NCBI GenBank assembly: GCA_010093745.1
Contig: MU005975.1
Location: 62,001-126,000 of the forward strand
Length of the DNA stretch: 64,000 bases
Source of the DNA: Piedraia hortae CBS 480.64
Taxonomy: Eukaryota
Direction: 5' to 3'
Positions 1 to 11,602 of this stretch are shown here, piece after piece. The notes under the pieces were generated by a model that ran no database searches, was not told where the DNA came from, and saw nothing but the letters and a program-made list of their open reading frames with translations. Every line of letters starts with the position of its first letter. Within the stretch, counting starts at the first letter, position 1. Both the position numbers and the translations under genes were made by a program.

Positions 1-220
1 CGTAGCCGGCGACGAGGTCCACCTGTACGTTGTGCCGGCTACGAGCCTGTCTATGCTACGCCATTTGGCAGAGCCGAGAGACATGGCGTTAAAAAAAATA
101 ATATTACATAACTACCTTGATCACTATTGCCGCGCGATTACTCGAATAAAGAGAAGCTATAGAACCTCCATAGCGGATCCAGAGTGTAATGAGATCGAAG
201 ACTGCACCCTTCAAACCTCC

Positions 221-268
221 ATGCAAAGAGCCCCGCATACGCGCTAGCGGCGATGCTTGACTCCAACA
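221..268 (-). mobile_element. Terminal 48 bp of the family-A LTR
   Basis: ...GCCCCGCATACGCGCTAGCGGCGATGCTTGACTCCAACA matches the termini at 11321 and 29045 and, inverted, at 41164. Confidence 0.75.
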
Positions 269-519
269 CAATTTGGTACGGAAATGAATGCAAGCAAGGC
301 GACGAATTATGGAAAAAAGTGCAAGTTCTGCCGGGCCACTCATACAGCAACCTACGCTCTGATGTGTGATTGAGAAGGGATATGACCTTGACGGAGTTGT
401 GAAATGTAGTACTTGAAGATCGTAAGGCTCTGTCTTGAAGGCTGCTCGATGCTCCATTCTTGGTCTTGCTGGGCAAGGATGTATTTACGATCCCATATAA
501 TCAACATTGAGCTCTTGAT

Positions 520-760
520 ACCCATCTTCTGTAGGTTTCGTGCTTTCTTGACGTCCGCAATCGCTGGTAACCTTTTGAACCATCTTTTGCAATTCTTGAC
601 AAGTCATTCCACTTATTCTTCAGCCGCAAGAAACCATCGTCATCTTGGTCTCAAGTGAAACACTCTTATTTGTTTTATGGGCTTCAATTCATTCTTTTCC
701 AAAGCTCTCCAAACTTTTTCGCTTGTGACATCAATATCTGTGCTCTGGCACGGTCACGGG
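520..760 (-). mobile_element. Possible degenerate Tc1/mariner transposase fragment
   Basis: Stop-riddled minus frame SEKVWRALEKNELKPIKQIRVFHL..RWFLAAEE*VE*LVKNCKRW resembles the Tc1 HTH-to-DDE linker; weak. Confidence 0.25.
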
Positions 761-1804
761 CTAAATTTTGCTCCCCGGTGTGCACCTTGGTCGTCTGGTC
801 TTTATGACCAGCTTTACTGGGTAGTCCGCTTAAATATTCACAACACTGGCCCTCCCATGGTCATTCAGCAATCCTTGGTCCTCCTTTTCTTATCCATCAT
901 AAGATAAAACAAAGGCGCCTCAAATTGGTGGTAGAGTGATGACGTTACCCTCTCAGCTCATCCGATAAGGTCTTTCATCAACACTTCCATCCACTCAGTA
1001 TTCTTATTTGCCAGTGCGGAGGACCAATTTAACAATCTGAGGTTCTTAATCATAGTCTGTATCTGTGCGAGACCCAGCGGTATCTGCAGGCGTTCTAGCA
1101 ACGGTCACATGGGTCCGGGTGGACTCTTCGGGTTCATCCGATGCCGCCGTTGATGGTTGGGTGGCTTCGAGGGTCTGGGTGGATCATATAAGTGCATCAG
1201 ATGTATCCGTTGGTTCTCGAGTAGAATGATGCGCCATCTGAGATGTGGCCCACTCGCAACTGGTTATTTGGGGTGAAAGTGGGCGAGGTGACTTCGAGTG
1301 GAACTTGGACACGTCATGGAGCCGACATGAAATCGCGCTTCCACAAAGTGAGAATGCTCCTCGACTTCCAGAATTTGGATCTCCTGAAAGGGTAAGTTCG
1401 AAACGGAAACGAAACTGAGATTCATATGGATATTCGCTGCTAATTCATTCCGTTACCAGAGGGGGATCTGTTTGTCACACAGCGTTACACGTAATACATA
1501 CAATTGATTGCGTTAATTACAACATCTTCAACCCTAAATTTGTCAAATGTTAAATTGCACGGCACTTAAACACCATACGTCTAGTTGCCCCTCAGAAGGC
1601 CACAGATTTCCCGCCCGAGGTTCTGCCGGGACGTTAAAATAGTAAACTAGCCACTTAACCACCAGTTACTCGCAAAAGTTTGCGTCCTTAGCGTGACACC
1701 GCGTAAAGACTTAAGATCTCCTTAAAACTTTTGTTCTTTTCATCCGCCATCTCTCGTCTTCCATTCCCTTTTCCGCTCACTACCGGCTTCGCCACGAACG
1801 CCCA

Positions 1805-3229
1805 ATGTCTTCTTACGTGAACTCAGTTCCCGGCGGCGGAGATGAGCACGCCTCTCCCAATGCCAGAGAATTAACTCCATTCACTAAGCTGCCAATCGAA
1901 GAGTCTCACCGCGCTCGCATCCTCGGCGTCAAAGTTGCCAAAGCCCTCGGCTCGGTCGCCTGGGTACCCCCAACGGCGCGTCTTAAAGGCGACAGCCTGC
2001 CGGAGTTCAAATTTCCTCTAACGCTGCTTTTCTGCATCTTAACTGCGGTTCTAAATGCGAATCTCTTCTGGGGCGCCCCGGTAATTGAACAACTCCGAGC
2101 CAGTCCCTCAACCAGAATCGTAGGAGACATGCCGTCGCTCAGCCTGGCCGGATACGCCTTGGCGTTGATTCTGTTTTGCCCGCTGGCGGACGAATATCGC
2201 AGTCGTCCCATCCTTTTGCTCTTGTGTCTCACTGGAGCTACATTTACCCTCTGCCTGGCGGAAAGTACAAATTCGCAAATTTTCAAGTTTTTTGAAGTTC
2301 TTGCATGCATTTCTGTCGCCGGATGTCAAATCCTGATGGCGATCATCGGGGAAGTAGTCCCTCCGCGCAGGCGTGCAGCCCGGATCGCCATGCTGATTTC
2401 GGCAACGCAAATCGGGGCCATTTGCACGCAGCCCATCGTGCTGGCCCTCGTCCGCTATTCATCCTGGCGCGCTCTCTACTGGTTTGTCGCGGGCATCCAG
2501 TACGTTTCTCTCATTCTGGTGTGGCTCTTTTTTCCCGACTTTCCTACAAATTGTGAGGAAATGTCGTATCCCAATCTCATGCGGGCTATATGGCACATGC
2601 AACTCAAAAAACCCGTCGTCTTCCAGGCTGGTGTTCTTGCGTTTTCCGTTGGAGCCGTGTTTCCAAGCCAGTGGAGCCTCCTGCGGTCCGTGATCTTCAG
2701 CGGCACATCCAGCGACAAGGCTTCCAGTTTTTTCCTTCCTGTTGCAATTGGCTGCCTACCTATGCTGATAAGCCCGGCTTACGCCGCCTTTTTTGGAAGA
2801 AAAGTCACCTCGATGGTGACAGTCTGTCTCGGCATCTTTCTTTGCTTGACCGGGATAATCCTCGGCAACGCCTCCTTTCTGCCTGACCTCCTGGAATATC
2901 TGCTCCAAATCTTCTTGGCAGAGTTTGGAAGAGAGCTCCTGCAAGTCGGCGTTCGCTTGTCAATGTTCTCTGGTGTGTCCCAGTTGCAGAACAGCATGGA
3001 GGCGTTGTTTGTTTTTTGGAGTGTCATCGGCTCGCTAACGGCGACATACCTTAACATTCCGTCCGTCGCCAATTGGCAAGACTCGACACCGAAGGACCTT
3101 AAAAGGGCCATCCCGTCCCTTCTTTTCCTCCTGTCCTGTTTGGTCATCGCCTTGGCGCGTGGTCCCCGAGAGAAACGTTGGGTTGGCTGGCACGGGGGCA
3201 TGCAGTGGATGTCGAACACGGAGGACTAA
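1805..3229 (+). CDS. Major facilitator superfamily transporter (paralog 1), intronless
   Basis: 474-aa ORF with many hydrophobic helices, MFS motif-A-like CPLADEYRSRP, C-terminal RGPREKRWVGWHGG. Confidence 0.88.
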   Translation: MSSYVNSVPGGGDEHASPNARELTPFTKLPIEESHRARILGVKVAKALGSVAWVPPTARLKGDSLPEFKFPLTLLFCILTAVLNANLFWGAPVIEQLRASPSTRIVGDMPSLSLAGYALALILFCPLADEYRSRPILLLLCLTGATFTLCLAESTNSQIFKFFEVLACISVAGCQILMAIIGEVVPPRRRAARIAMLISATQIGAICTQPIVLALVRYSSWRALYWFVAGIQYVSLILVWLFFPDFPTNCEEMSYPNLMRAIWHMQLKKPVVFQAGVLAFSVGAVFPSQWSLLRSVIFSGTSSDKASSFFLPVAIGCLPMLISPAYAAFFGRKVTSMVTVCLGIFLCLTGIILGNASFLPDLLEYLLQIFLAEFGRELLQVGVRLSMFSGVSQLQNSMEALFVFWSVIGSLTATYLNIPSVANWQDSTPKDLKRAIPSLLFLLSCLVIALARGPREKRWVGWHGGMQWMSNTED

Positions 3230-3299
3230 GGACTGTGTGGATGGATTAAGAGGCAACACCAGTCGATATGGCGTTCGAATCGATTTCTAAGAGTGTTTG

Positions 3300-3620
3300 A
3301 TTGTGTTTTACGTGGCATCTTTTTGGAGGACATCAATGTGAAAGTTGCCCGAGTCATCTTGCAGCGTGTACGGGGTACTTGCACGGCATGTTGGTGGTCC
3401 TCCATCACCAGGAGTTGCGTCTTTCGCTCCCGATAGGTGTTTTGCACTTGTTGAGGGCATGATTTGACCTTGTGCGGTGGTCTGAAAATGATTGGCATGA
3501 CCCCGCCGATGAATTAGACATGCAATTGGTTGAACTTTGAGGTTAATGTCCTCCACATTTTCCAAGCGCAAGATAATATATTCAAATAGCGCCTGAAGAG
3601 GCCTATCTAATGTTACCACT
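3300..3620 (-). mobile_element. Degenerate Ty1/copia RT/RNase H junction fragment
   Basis: NVEDINLKVQ..KHLSGAKDATPGDGG..YTLQDDSG..DVLQKDAT resembles the copia pattern RPDI..RYLxGT..GYxDAD..DxRKST. Confidence 0.35.
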
Positions 3621-3949
3621 TTGAATATATTAATGCCAAGTGCTAGATGGTGATGATCTAAATGTCAAGGCAGGGCGGGACCAGCCGGGATTAGCCGTCT
3701 GCACGACACGCGCGATTCGCCACCTGCCAGGTGGCTTCAAACGGGCCGCACTTGTAGTCGTCTACGAAACTGACCTAGACTGTCAGTAGATGTGAATCCG
3801 AGAAACAAGGTTTCACCTGCCTTCCTCACATAGCTCCACTGCTATCTCGCATAACGGTTGAGCATTTTGAGGTATCCTTCCAAGTGGATATGGTCGAAGC
3901 CAGGAAGTGCCATTTCGCACAGCAGAATCCTGGGATAAACATTCTCGGC

Positions 3950-4850
3950 CCAGATGAGACGATTATTAGAGTCATTTGATGTCCTTTGGTCTGTAGTCAA
4001 CGAGGCAACTATGGTTAATCTTCATTCCAGCCCGCGCTGGGCCGAAACGCCCGAGGATGGCACAGCTCATAATATTCCCCGAACCCGAATAGTGGCCGAG
4101 GCCTTCAACTCTAAGGGCCCATGATTTGGAAGCTTCTTTCTAGTCAGCATGGACGACGGCGACCGGCTCATCGATTGGTTATAATCGAGCGCCAAGCGAT
4201 GGACGGACGTTTTGGATGAAGAAAATTACCGTATAGGACACGTCATCGATATAATTTCATCGAACAGACCATCGTCTTCTTCCAGCATTTGTTGAAACCT
4301 AAGGGATGATTCTAATCAATTTCCACGCCGGGGAACCACACAGGCGGGATGAAATCATCTCAAGCTCTCCGGTGGCAGGCCATCAGCCTTCAGGGATCTT
4401 GTAGCTCCAGCATGCACCGAATTCGACAATTGGGGCACCAGTTCGGAAAAAAGCCGACTCTTCTCCTGTTCTTAAGATACCGAAAATATCTGCTCAGTTG
4501 TTACGGAATCATCTGCACAAGCTTCTCGATGGAATGTTTGTGGACAGTAAGCTTTGCAAGCTCGTGACAAGATCCAAACTTGAATCAATTCTGAAAGTAT
4601 TTTTCTCTTCTCAGCTGGGAAGATTTATCACTGCTGATGATACGCTCAACGAACTCACTTCATGGCTAGAACAGTGAGGAGCGATTCGGAGAATTTTCGT
4701 GGGCAGCTAATACGACCATGTAGGAACTTAAAAAAGCAAGCGTTAGGCCAGGATGAACATCACCAGGATCACGATTCGGCTCCTAAAAACCTTCTGACGA
4801 CGCATCAAGACATGGTCCTCGGGCATTGTCCGCGGGTGAGAAAGAAACGT
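3950..4850 (+). mobile_element. Degenerate LINE (Tad-like) ORF2: AP endonuclease and start of RT
   Basis: IVAEAFNSKGP*F (GDFNAxH), GDRLIDWL, YRIGHVIDIISSN (xxLDLxFxN), DSNQFP (SDHxP), then LGQDE/ITIRLLKTF*RRIK (RT domain 0); stops and frameshifts. Confidence 0.55.
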
Positions 4851-5318
4851 CCTCGCCGTGTTCATGGTAATCCGTAGCCGCGCTCTACGCACTCATCAAC
4901 CCTCTGCACTACGGTGCTCTACCTAATGCTCCGCGGATTTTATCTATATTAAAGTCAAGCTCGCTTTGTCCCAGCAGTGACTTATTTCCATTGCCATCCT
5001 AGGTGATTTTTCCCGCAACTACTTGGACACTTGTGTGTCCACAAGACATGGGATTCTCTACTCTTGATTATTGACCTCTTCGCCATCGATTTGAGGCCAA
5101 TCTTTGACTGGAGCAAGGAAAAGGGTGCAATTTGCGCTTGAAAAATGGCGATTTGGTACACCTTTCACGCAAAAATGGCACAAAACGACAACCACCAATA
5201 CAATGGGATGGCTGGCACCCATTAAAATGACACATAAAGCAGCAATGGAATAATTTCTTTCCACTATACTTGATATGTCAACTAAGACCAAAGCCTTGCC
5301 AAGCCCCTCCCCGACCCT

Positions 5319-6356
5319 TCACATAAGACGCACCCATTCCACCGCCTCCTGATTATGAAACCTAAGATGGCGCGCGTTGTCCAAAGTGTAATTATAGTTC
5401 AAAAACCACCCCTCAACGCCACATCCCTTCCAACAAATAGACCAGTTCCGTGAAAGGTACTCCATCACATGCGCATGCAAGCTAAGACAACGCGCAAACC
5501 CAGCACACACCTCGCTTACATCCACAACGTGTTCCCTCTGGGGATCCATCAACAAGTGGATATGCCTCGTTAGCGCGCAGAGGAGATAATATCGCGAAGG
5601 CTCCAGACAAGCAAGTATAGACCATGCGTTTGCATTCGCGAGTTCAAGGTACGGGCCATTAGGATCTACAAGCGTGGAGAAGCTGATGTGCAGATCCTCC
5701 GGCATTAATTTGTTCCAGAATTGTTGAAGCCAGAGTCTGAAGGCACTGGCGACAACGTATACGTTCGCATCAAGGTCGTGGTCGGTGTTGTCTCCAAAAT
5801 TTGTATATTCCTCAGCTATGAGGTCGATATCCTGTCCCTGATCGAATCGCTTCATCAAGGCTTCGACGCGCGCCCCGCTGCCGCGCTTGACGTGAAGATC
5901 AGCCACGTCGCCGCGCGCGTCAAGGTACTCCAGGCAGCGATAAGCCAGACGCGTCATCCAGTACCCCTCTTCATCAGGATCCGGGCTCTGACGCATGCGA
6001 CGCACTTGATCCTCAAAAGGGAGTTCGAGGCGTGTGAATTTATAAGGCTTGAATCTGGCGCGAAGGTTGGCGACCATTGCGCGGAGGCCTTCGAAGGGGT
6101 TGAGGGGCGCTTTAGTGTGCGTGGCCTCGTTGGTGTCATCTGGTTCAGTCCCTGAGTCTCGTTTGAACAATCGTTGCGCAATGGATATATTTCGAATTTT
6201 GTCGAGGAGTTTTAGCGGCGGTCCTCCTGAGGCCCGAGGATGAGGCGTTTTCGTTCTCTCCTGCCATGAGCGGTTGCACTCGAGGCCATAGCGTCTTGTG
6301 GAAGATTTATTAGGTGGATGATTGTCGTATTGTTTTGAATTATCGCGGTTATTCAT
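5319..6356 (-). CDS. Divergent RhoGAP-domain protein (345 aa from ATG 6356)
   Basis: FTRLEL..YWMTRLAYRCLEYL..DLHVKRGS..RFDQGQDIDL..VVASAFRLWLQQF..RYYLLCALTRHI follows the fungal RhoGAP pattern; the ORF-track start is a TTG, so the first ATG is preferred. Confidence 0.72.
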   Translation of the reverse strand: MNNRDNSKQYDNHPPNKSSTRRYGLECNRSWQERTKTPHPRASGGPPLKLLDKIRNISIAQRLFKRDSGTEPDDTNEATHTKAPLNPFEGLRAMVANLRARFKPYKFTRLELPFEDQVRRMRQSPDPDEEGYWMTRLAYRCLEYLDARGDVADLHVKRGSGARVEALMKRFDQGQDIDLIAEEYTNFGDNTDHDLDANVYVVASAFRLWLQQFWNKLMPEDLHISFSTLVDPNGPYLELANANAWSILACLEPSRYYLLCALTRHIHLLMDPQREHVVDVSEVCAGFARCLSLHAHVMEYLSRNWSICWKGCGVEGWFLNYNYTLDNARHLRFHNQEAVEWVRLM

Positions 6357-7139
6357 GTTGGCGATATCGGAATGGTGCTTTTTGGTTTTGGCAGTTATCG
6401 ATTTCACTGGCGAGATAGAGGATCTAAGATGATAGTGTTGGTGTCCAGGATTGGGCGACTGATCGTGACGGTGTTTGGGTACTGTGTGAGTCAATCTCCT
6501 GGGTTGTTCCTTCCTAAACTGCACATTTAGAATTTGAGACCATGGCCGCAGAAAACTAACCAACGCTGATGCTGGCTCGAAATAGTGGTCAGAATTATAT
6601 TAGAATACAGAAATTCCGGGAGAAGGAGATGAGGGAGTAGCGGTCGATGCGGTACTCCAGACTTTCACACATTCCAAAACAGCCGCAAGCCTCCTCTGTA
6701 CGTCGCAACGCTTTCACCACCTCAACAAGATGGACCACGCTTGAAAGATATGTCCCAAACCATCGAGGAATCCTATCACCCCATGGCGGTGTGAAAGATA
6801 CTCCTATCCAAACAAACATCAACCAATCACATAACCCCGCAATCTAGGATCTACCCAGACCGCATCGAACTTTTATTCAGGCACGCAACATCAAGGGTGG
6901 CCTTCACTGAGCCCATGAGTCTGCTCTATCAATGTCCACACTCAAGAGTGACGTTTACTGGGCATCATCTGCCTTTGCTTTGCAATAAGTCTAGAGCTCA
7001 GTCCTGAGGTTCTCTGCGGGATTAGAGATGACCATGCCTTTCTTATTGGTAAGAAATGACGGGCATGGCTGATGGGCACACACCTACCATGCTCCAGAAC
7101 GAACTGAATAATGAAGCTGTCATTGTTGGCATGAAGTCT

Positions 7140-7525
7140 CGTTGCTATGAGTGTACTATGCCACTGCGCGACACCTCTTACACCAGCAGCTGCACCCTAG
7201 GTTTTGTCCTCACAGAGGTTTCCCTCAGGGTCATATCGCATGCGACATGGTGAATGCGTCCTGCTACTGTTTGAGGTGAGTCATGGAGTAAGACTGCATG
7301 CTGACAGTCTTACTGCATGTATAGCCTCTTGCTTACGGTCATACAATTGATGACTCTTCATACGAGGCTACGCACGGGCCTTCCAGCCCAAAATATATTC
7401 TCTGATGTTCTCTCGAAGACATACTTGTATTCACTCATAAAATACATCTCTACTTTCCATCCATCGTTCTCACTCGTACATACTATCTGTTTTTTCAGTC
7501 CCACCTATCATTCCCACTCGCAACA
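7140..7525 (+). mobile_element. Solo LTR, family B (386 bp, CGTTGC..GCAACA)
   Basis: Colinear with 57325-57662; shares its core with family A; no TSD seen. Confidence 0.8.
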
Positions 7526-8025
7526 CCCCAACACAAATCCTTGAGACTTTTGACAACCACCACATCCTGGGTGTCCCAATCTTCTTGGCGGGGCTTCTTC
7601 CCCCAACAAAACCCAGACATGGAATGAGTGTGAGGCGCAAGTCCCTAGCTGGTTCTTTATATGCTTTGGCAAACCTTCTCCCTTCTCCCGGGGCCCAGCC
7701 CGTATCCCATCGTGCGCCGAACCCAGAAAACCTGTTTCTGGGCGACCCATGCATGAAAATACTCAACCAACAGAACACGATGGCCTTGACTGGCCGGGCT
7801 AATGGTCCTGGCACCGGCGGCTCAAAGGCAGCAGAGTCACCATATACCTGCTCCTCGGAGACGGGCACGGCATCCGATGGCTCGGAGGACCGGAAGTTGG
7901 CGAGTTCTCGCGACCACGCCCGGGCTTTCGGTCCAATTTTGCGGGTTTCCGCTACCTTCAGGCTTCATTGGTAGGTCAGCAGAATCGTTTCCTGCAGAGC
8001 GTTAGAGTTGTCGTCTGGTACTAGG

Positions 8026-8128
8026 AGTAGCAGGGCGCTCTGAGGGAAACCTTTGTGAGGACAAAACCCAGGGTGCAGCTGCTGGTGTAAGAGGTGTCGC
8101 GCAGTGGCATCGTACACTCTTAGCAACG
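8026..8128 (-). mobile_element. Partial family-B LTR, inverted relative to 7140
   Basis: Reverse complement matches about 7140-7230 with few substitutions. Confidence 0.8.
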
Positions 8129-8779
8129 TGACTTGCCAACAAGATCAACAGGGATAGAGTGGATTCTCCGGGAGATTCTTAGGTTGCCACTGTAGGCGCT
8201 TGTTGAGGTTCGCACAGTCTGTCCTGCTCGGATTGGTACATGATCAGTATTGATAGGGCCACCGTCTTGGGCAGCAAGCTTAAAGTTGGTCGCTCGGTGA
8301 ACTCTGAAAAAATCTCGCTCGTCCATTAGAAGGGCCGTTTTCTGGGAAAGATCCAAGGCGCCTCATTTGATTGGCAGGAGCAATCTCATCTTTCCAGGAC
8401 TAGGCGCGGTAGATCTTGCCTGGATCAGCTTGATAGCACGAACGACCAAAGCGCCCTGCTTTGTGAGGCGTGGATCTCGCACCCAGGGATCATCGATATA
8501 CTCTAACCTGTATCACTGGTGCAAGACAACAGCGAGAGCGGGCTGATTCATGCCCACTTTAGCTGCCTCGTGAGTGCTGTCATCCACTACATGGTATCAT
8601 CTTAGCAGTCTAGAAGAAGCTGGTACCAAGGAACCACTTCACCAAGCGTGACATACTACTCGCCCTGACACTCGACCGAGGCGTCCTTAAACGGCAGCAT
8701 GAACCGCATGCACACCGCGAGGGTCTCCCAGTGTGCGCGAGCGATGCCTGCCTCTCTCATGCAAACACCGTCGCCGTCC

Positions 8780-9420
8780 ATTGGAGTGTTTAGGACGGGC
8801 CTCCGAACTGAAGCCAGTTCTGGAGTTGCCAACGCAATTCCAGCGCGTCTTGTTGATTAAAACAGGTTTGTGATGGCTGGATCTTATCTGAGATTCATCT
8901 GAGCGTCTGCATAGCACTGCCTAGTATGTGCTTCATGTATGCCTCGAGATTTTACAGGATGGGATCTAGTTTGCCTAGGGCGTTTTCTGCGGCGAAGTTC
9001 AGCACATGTGTGAAGCAGCAGATGCGATGGACTTGGATACGTAGAAGACCTCCTGTGACAGTGAGGGCTGCGAAGGCGTTATTGTTTGAAGCGTTGTCCG
9101 TGGTTGCTTCATTGGCCATGGATAGTGTGTTGACCATTGTTATTGCAGCCATTCTCAAGCCCAGTTGGGCGTTGGAGGATGAAGCGACCGTGCCCAGGTC
9201 GTAATGGAGTAGACCCAGGTCCTTACTCTCGCGTCAAGCTGCCATCTTTTGAAACTCATCGACCGTTGCAGAGTGACAACTTTTCGCATACCACTTGCAT
9301 ACTCCAATGTAAGATACAACATGGGAAATATGCACCTTCCCAGCTCCACAAACAGGAAAGCGTGGCGAGTTTCTTTGGTCTTGGGAATAACTTGCCCTCC
9401 AGGTCTGGCGCAGGCGACCA
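8780..9420 (-). mobile_element. Degenerate hAT transposase
   Basis: TTDNASNNNAF, RICCFTHVLNFAAENAL (CxAHxLNL) and KPVLINKTRWN (DxxTRWNS) occur in order across frameshifts. Confidence 0.75.
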
Positions 9421-9599
9421 TCACAACCACGTACTTCCCGCCTTGGAGGCTCTGCTTTCGTGCAGAGGTGGTGACCAAGATATCCTTTCAGGCAGCAGAG
9501 GACTGTGAGCGCGCTAAGAACCTCCAGGCCAGTGACTTCAAGGTGTCAGTCTTTGAAATCGAGGCTCTGACGCCTGCAATCCGTCCAGTTTGCCTCCCT

Positions 9600-10200
9600 G
9601 CATGTATCTGTCCAGCCTTCATAGAAGGAAGCCTGAATGAACCCCGTCAGCGTCTTTGGTGTTTCGATTTCCGACTTCTGGACCGAACTTCGACGCGATG
9701 CGACTCGATTTCGCCTTCGGCCTCTTCGAGGCGCCGCGCATAGAATTGGTAGAAGGTCTGCCCGAGCTCTGAACCGGGGCATGGACCTTGCTCGGATGTC
9801 AAGCTTCCATCGTCAGTTGCTAGACCCTTCGGGACAACCTGCCCAGTTGTTGTCTTTTGTGATGTGAACGCTTGGCAGAGCACGTCGAAAGTGTTCTGTA
9901 CACCAGCATTGGTCTTGCAATCTCTCCATTTTTGGCCGTTTTCTTACGCCTCGTGATTATGCAGCAATTGCTCTCACAAACCTGGTCATTCTATCTGTGG
10001 CATAAGTAGAGCCTGTACGGAACGACCATCCCATTGCCCATGACGACTGGGACACCATTGATTTGCTTCCGAGGCGAACGCCGGCACCTGGGATAGCCGT
10101 CTTCCGATACCGTGGTTTCGTGCTGGAGAGGTTTGGTGGGACTCTTAGAATATCGCACAGCCCGTGCAGTATCACAGATTCCCCCATTTCTGTAGTTCGC
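9600..10200 (-). mobile_element. Degenerate Helitron Rep/helicase fragment
   Basis: SKSPTKPLQHETTVSEDGYPRCRR..NGMVVPYRLYLCHR*N matches the Helitron motif ETxxxEDGYPxYRRR..NxWVVPYNPYL. Confidence 0.7.
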
Positions 10201-10962
10201 TTATCTGGATCGAGGACCGGCTAAATAGCGATGGTTTGGGCGGTGGCCTTCCCAATCTTGCTTGACTGTAAGGGTGCCTAGCAACGCTCCGACACTGGTA
10301 GCGTTATTGGCAGGTGTAAAGGTTGTAAACTTTGCTGGGATCTGAAATGGCCGTTTCTTGCCATTTACCAGTTCCATTTTGTCGGAGGAATCTTCGGTTC
10401 ATGGATGTCTCCTGGTTGTAATGACGTCCATTATGGCGACAATGTGCCCAGAAGGTTCCATCATTAATTTCGCTGGCCGACATTTGTTGTTGTAAATGTC
10501 AGCGACATTTCGCCGTTCGTGAACTTCTCGTTGTTCAGATGTTATATTTCAGTTTGAAGATATTATCTTCTCTTGGACGGATCCATTAAGGCTTGTTTTA
10601 CATCTGAGCGCCAAGTCCAGACATGCCATAATAAAGTCGGGATGCCACAGCATCTCCCTCCACAGAAGTGATATCGTCGCGTGGTGAGGTTTCATCGAGA
10701 TTAAAGTTGCCGAGTCTCGAAGCATGTAACATCCCAGTACCAAGCCACGGCGACTACTCTTGTCGTGCTCCGTGCCGGATATAATACTCTGCCGCTACCC
10801 AGAGGGATCAATCCTGCAAGTCGTTCCTCTCGGATAAGGCACTTTGGAACGATACTGCCACCTCCATTGTCAATACCCGGCAGAAGTGCACACCTCACAG
10901 ATACAGTCTCAAGACACCGTCGCCAAGAAAGCCTTCTAGCAAAAGCGATAACCCCTCCCGTT

Positions 10963-11321
10963 TGTAGAGATTTTGCTCCTGTGGGTGAGAGTGCGCAGCG
11001 ACCCGAAGAGGACGGAGCGATAGACAGAATCAGGGACAGGACAGATGTAGATGTTTATGAGTCAATACCAGTTTCGATATGACCGTGCGAATGACTATCT
11101 ATCTCTATGAGGGGACGTCAGAATGAAAATTCTGTACCGGTGGGCCGGTGACGTCACGTCGTACACTAGCAGGGCGCATTCACCATGTCACATACGACAT
11201 GACCCTGAGGGAAAACCTCTGTGAGGAAAAAAGTAGGGTGCAGCTGGTAGTGTAGGAGGTATCGCTGACTTGCTATGCAAGTGCCCCGCATACGCGCTAG
11301 CGTCGATGCTTGAATCCAACA
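10963..11321 (-). mobile_element. Solo LTR, family A (359 bp), with 5-bp TSD CCGTT
   Basis: TGTAG..CAACA termini; CCGTT at 10958-10962 and 11322-11326; homologous to copies at 28567, 35205 and 41164. Strand is relative to the TATA-containing orientation (inferred). Confidence 0.9.
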
Positions 11322-11578
11322 CCGTTACCAAAGCAGGACAGTCCTTGTATCTCAATGCCCAACAAAGGTTCCCACTTGCCGAGGTCATTGCGTTTTGCCT
11401 TGGAAGAAAAATTCCCCACAGAAAAATTTGGTGGCCGCGACCCCACTTTAATAAGCCGACCAACCACACTAGAGGCCTAGACGCCGCGAAGAGATCCGTC
11501 TGGTCAAGGAGATTGAAGGCGATCCGTCAACCAATCAACTCGCGCGGAGAAGATTAATCGACGAATCAGATCCAGCGC

Positions 11579-11602
11579 GGGGGGGGGGGGGGGGGAGGGG
11601 GG
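11579..11602 (+). repeat. G17-A-G6 tract
   Basis: Read directly. Confidence 0.9.

Noticed and set aside
1..43. 10-bp inverted repeat CGTAGCCGGC..GCCGGCTACG at the window start
   Set aside because: Cut by the window edge; probably internal to an LTR variant and cannot be interpreted
4225..4260. Minus-strand NYIDDVS resembling an RT active site
   Set aside because: The plus strand gives a longer ordered series of LINE endonuclease motifs, so this is likely coincidence
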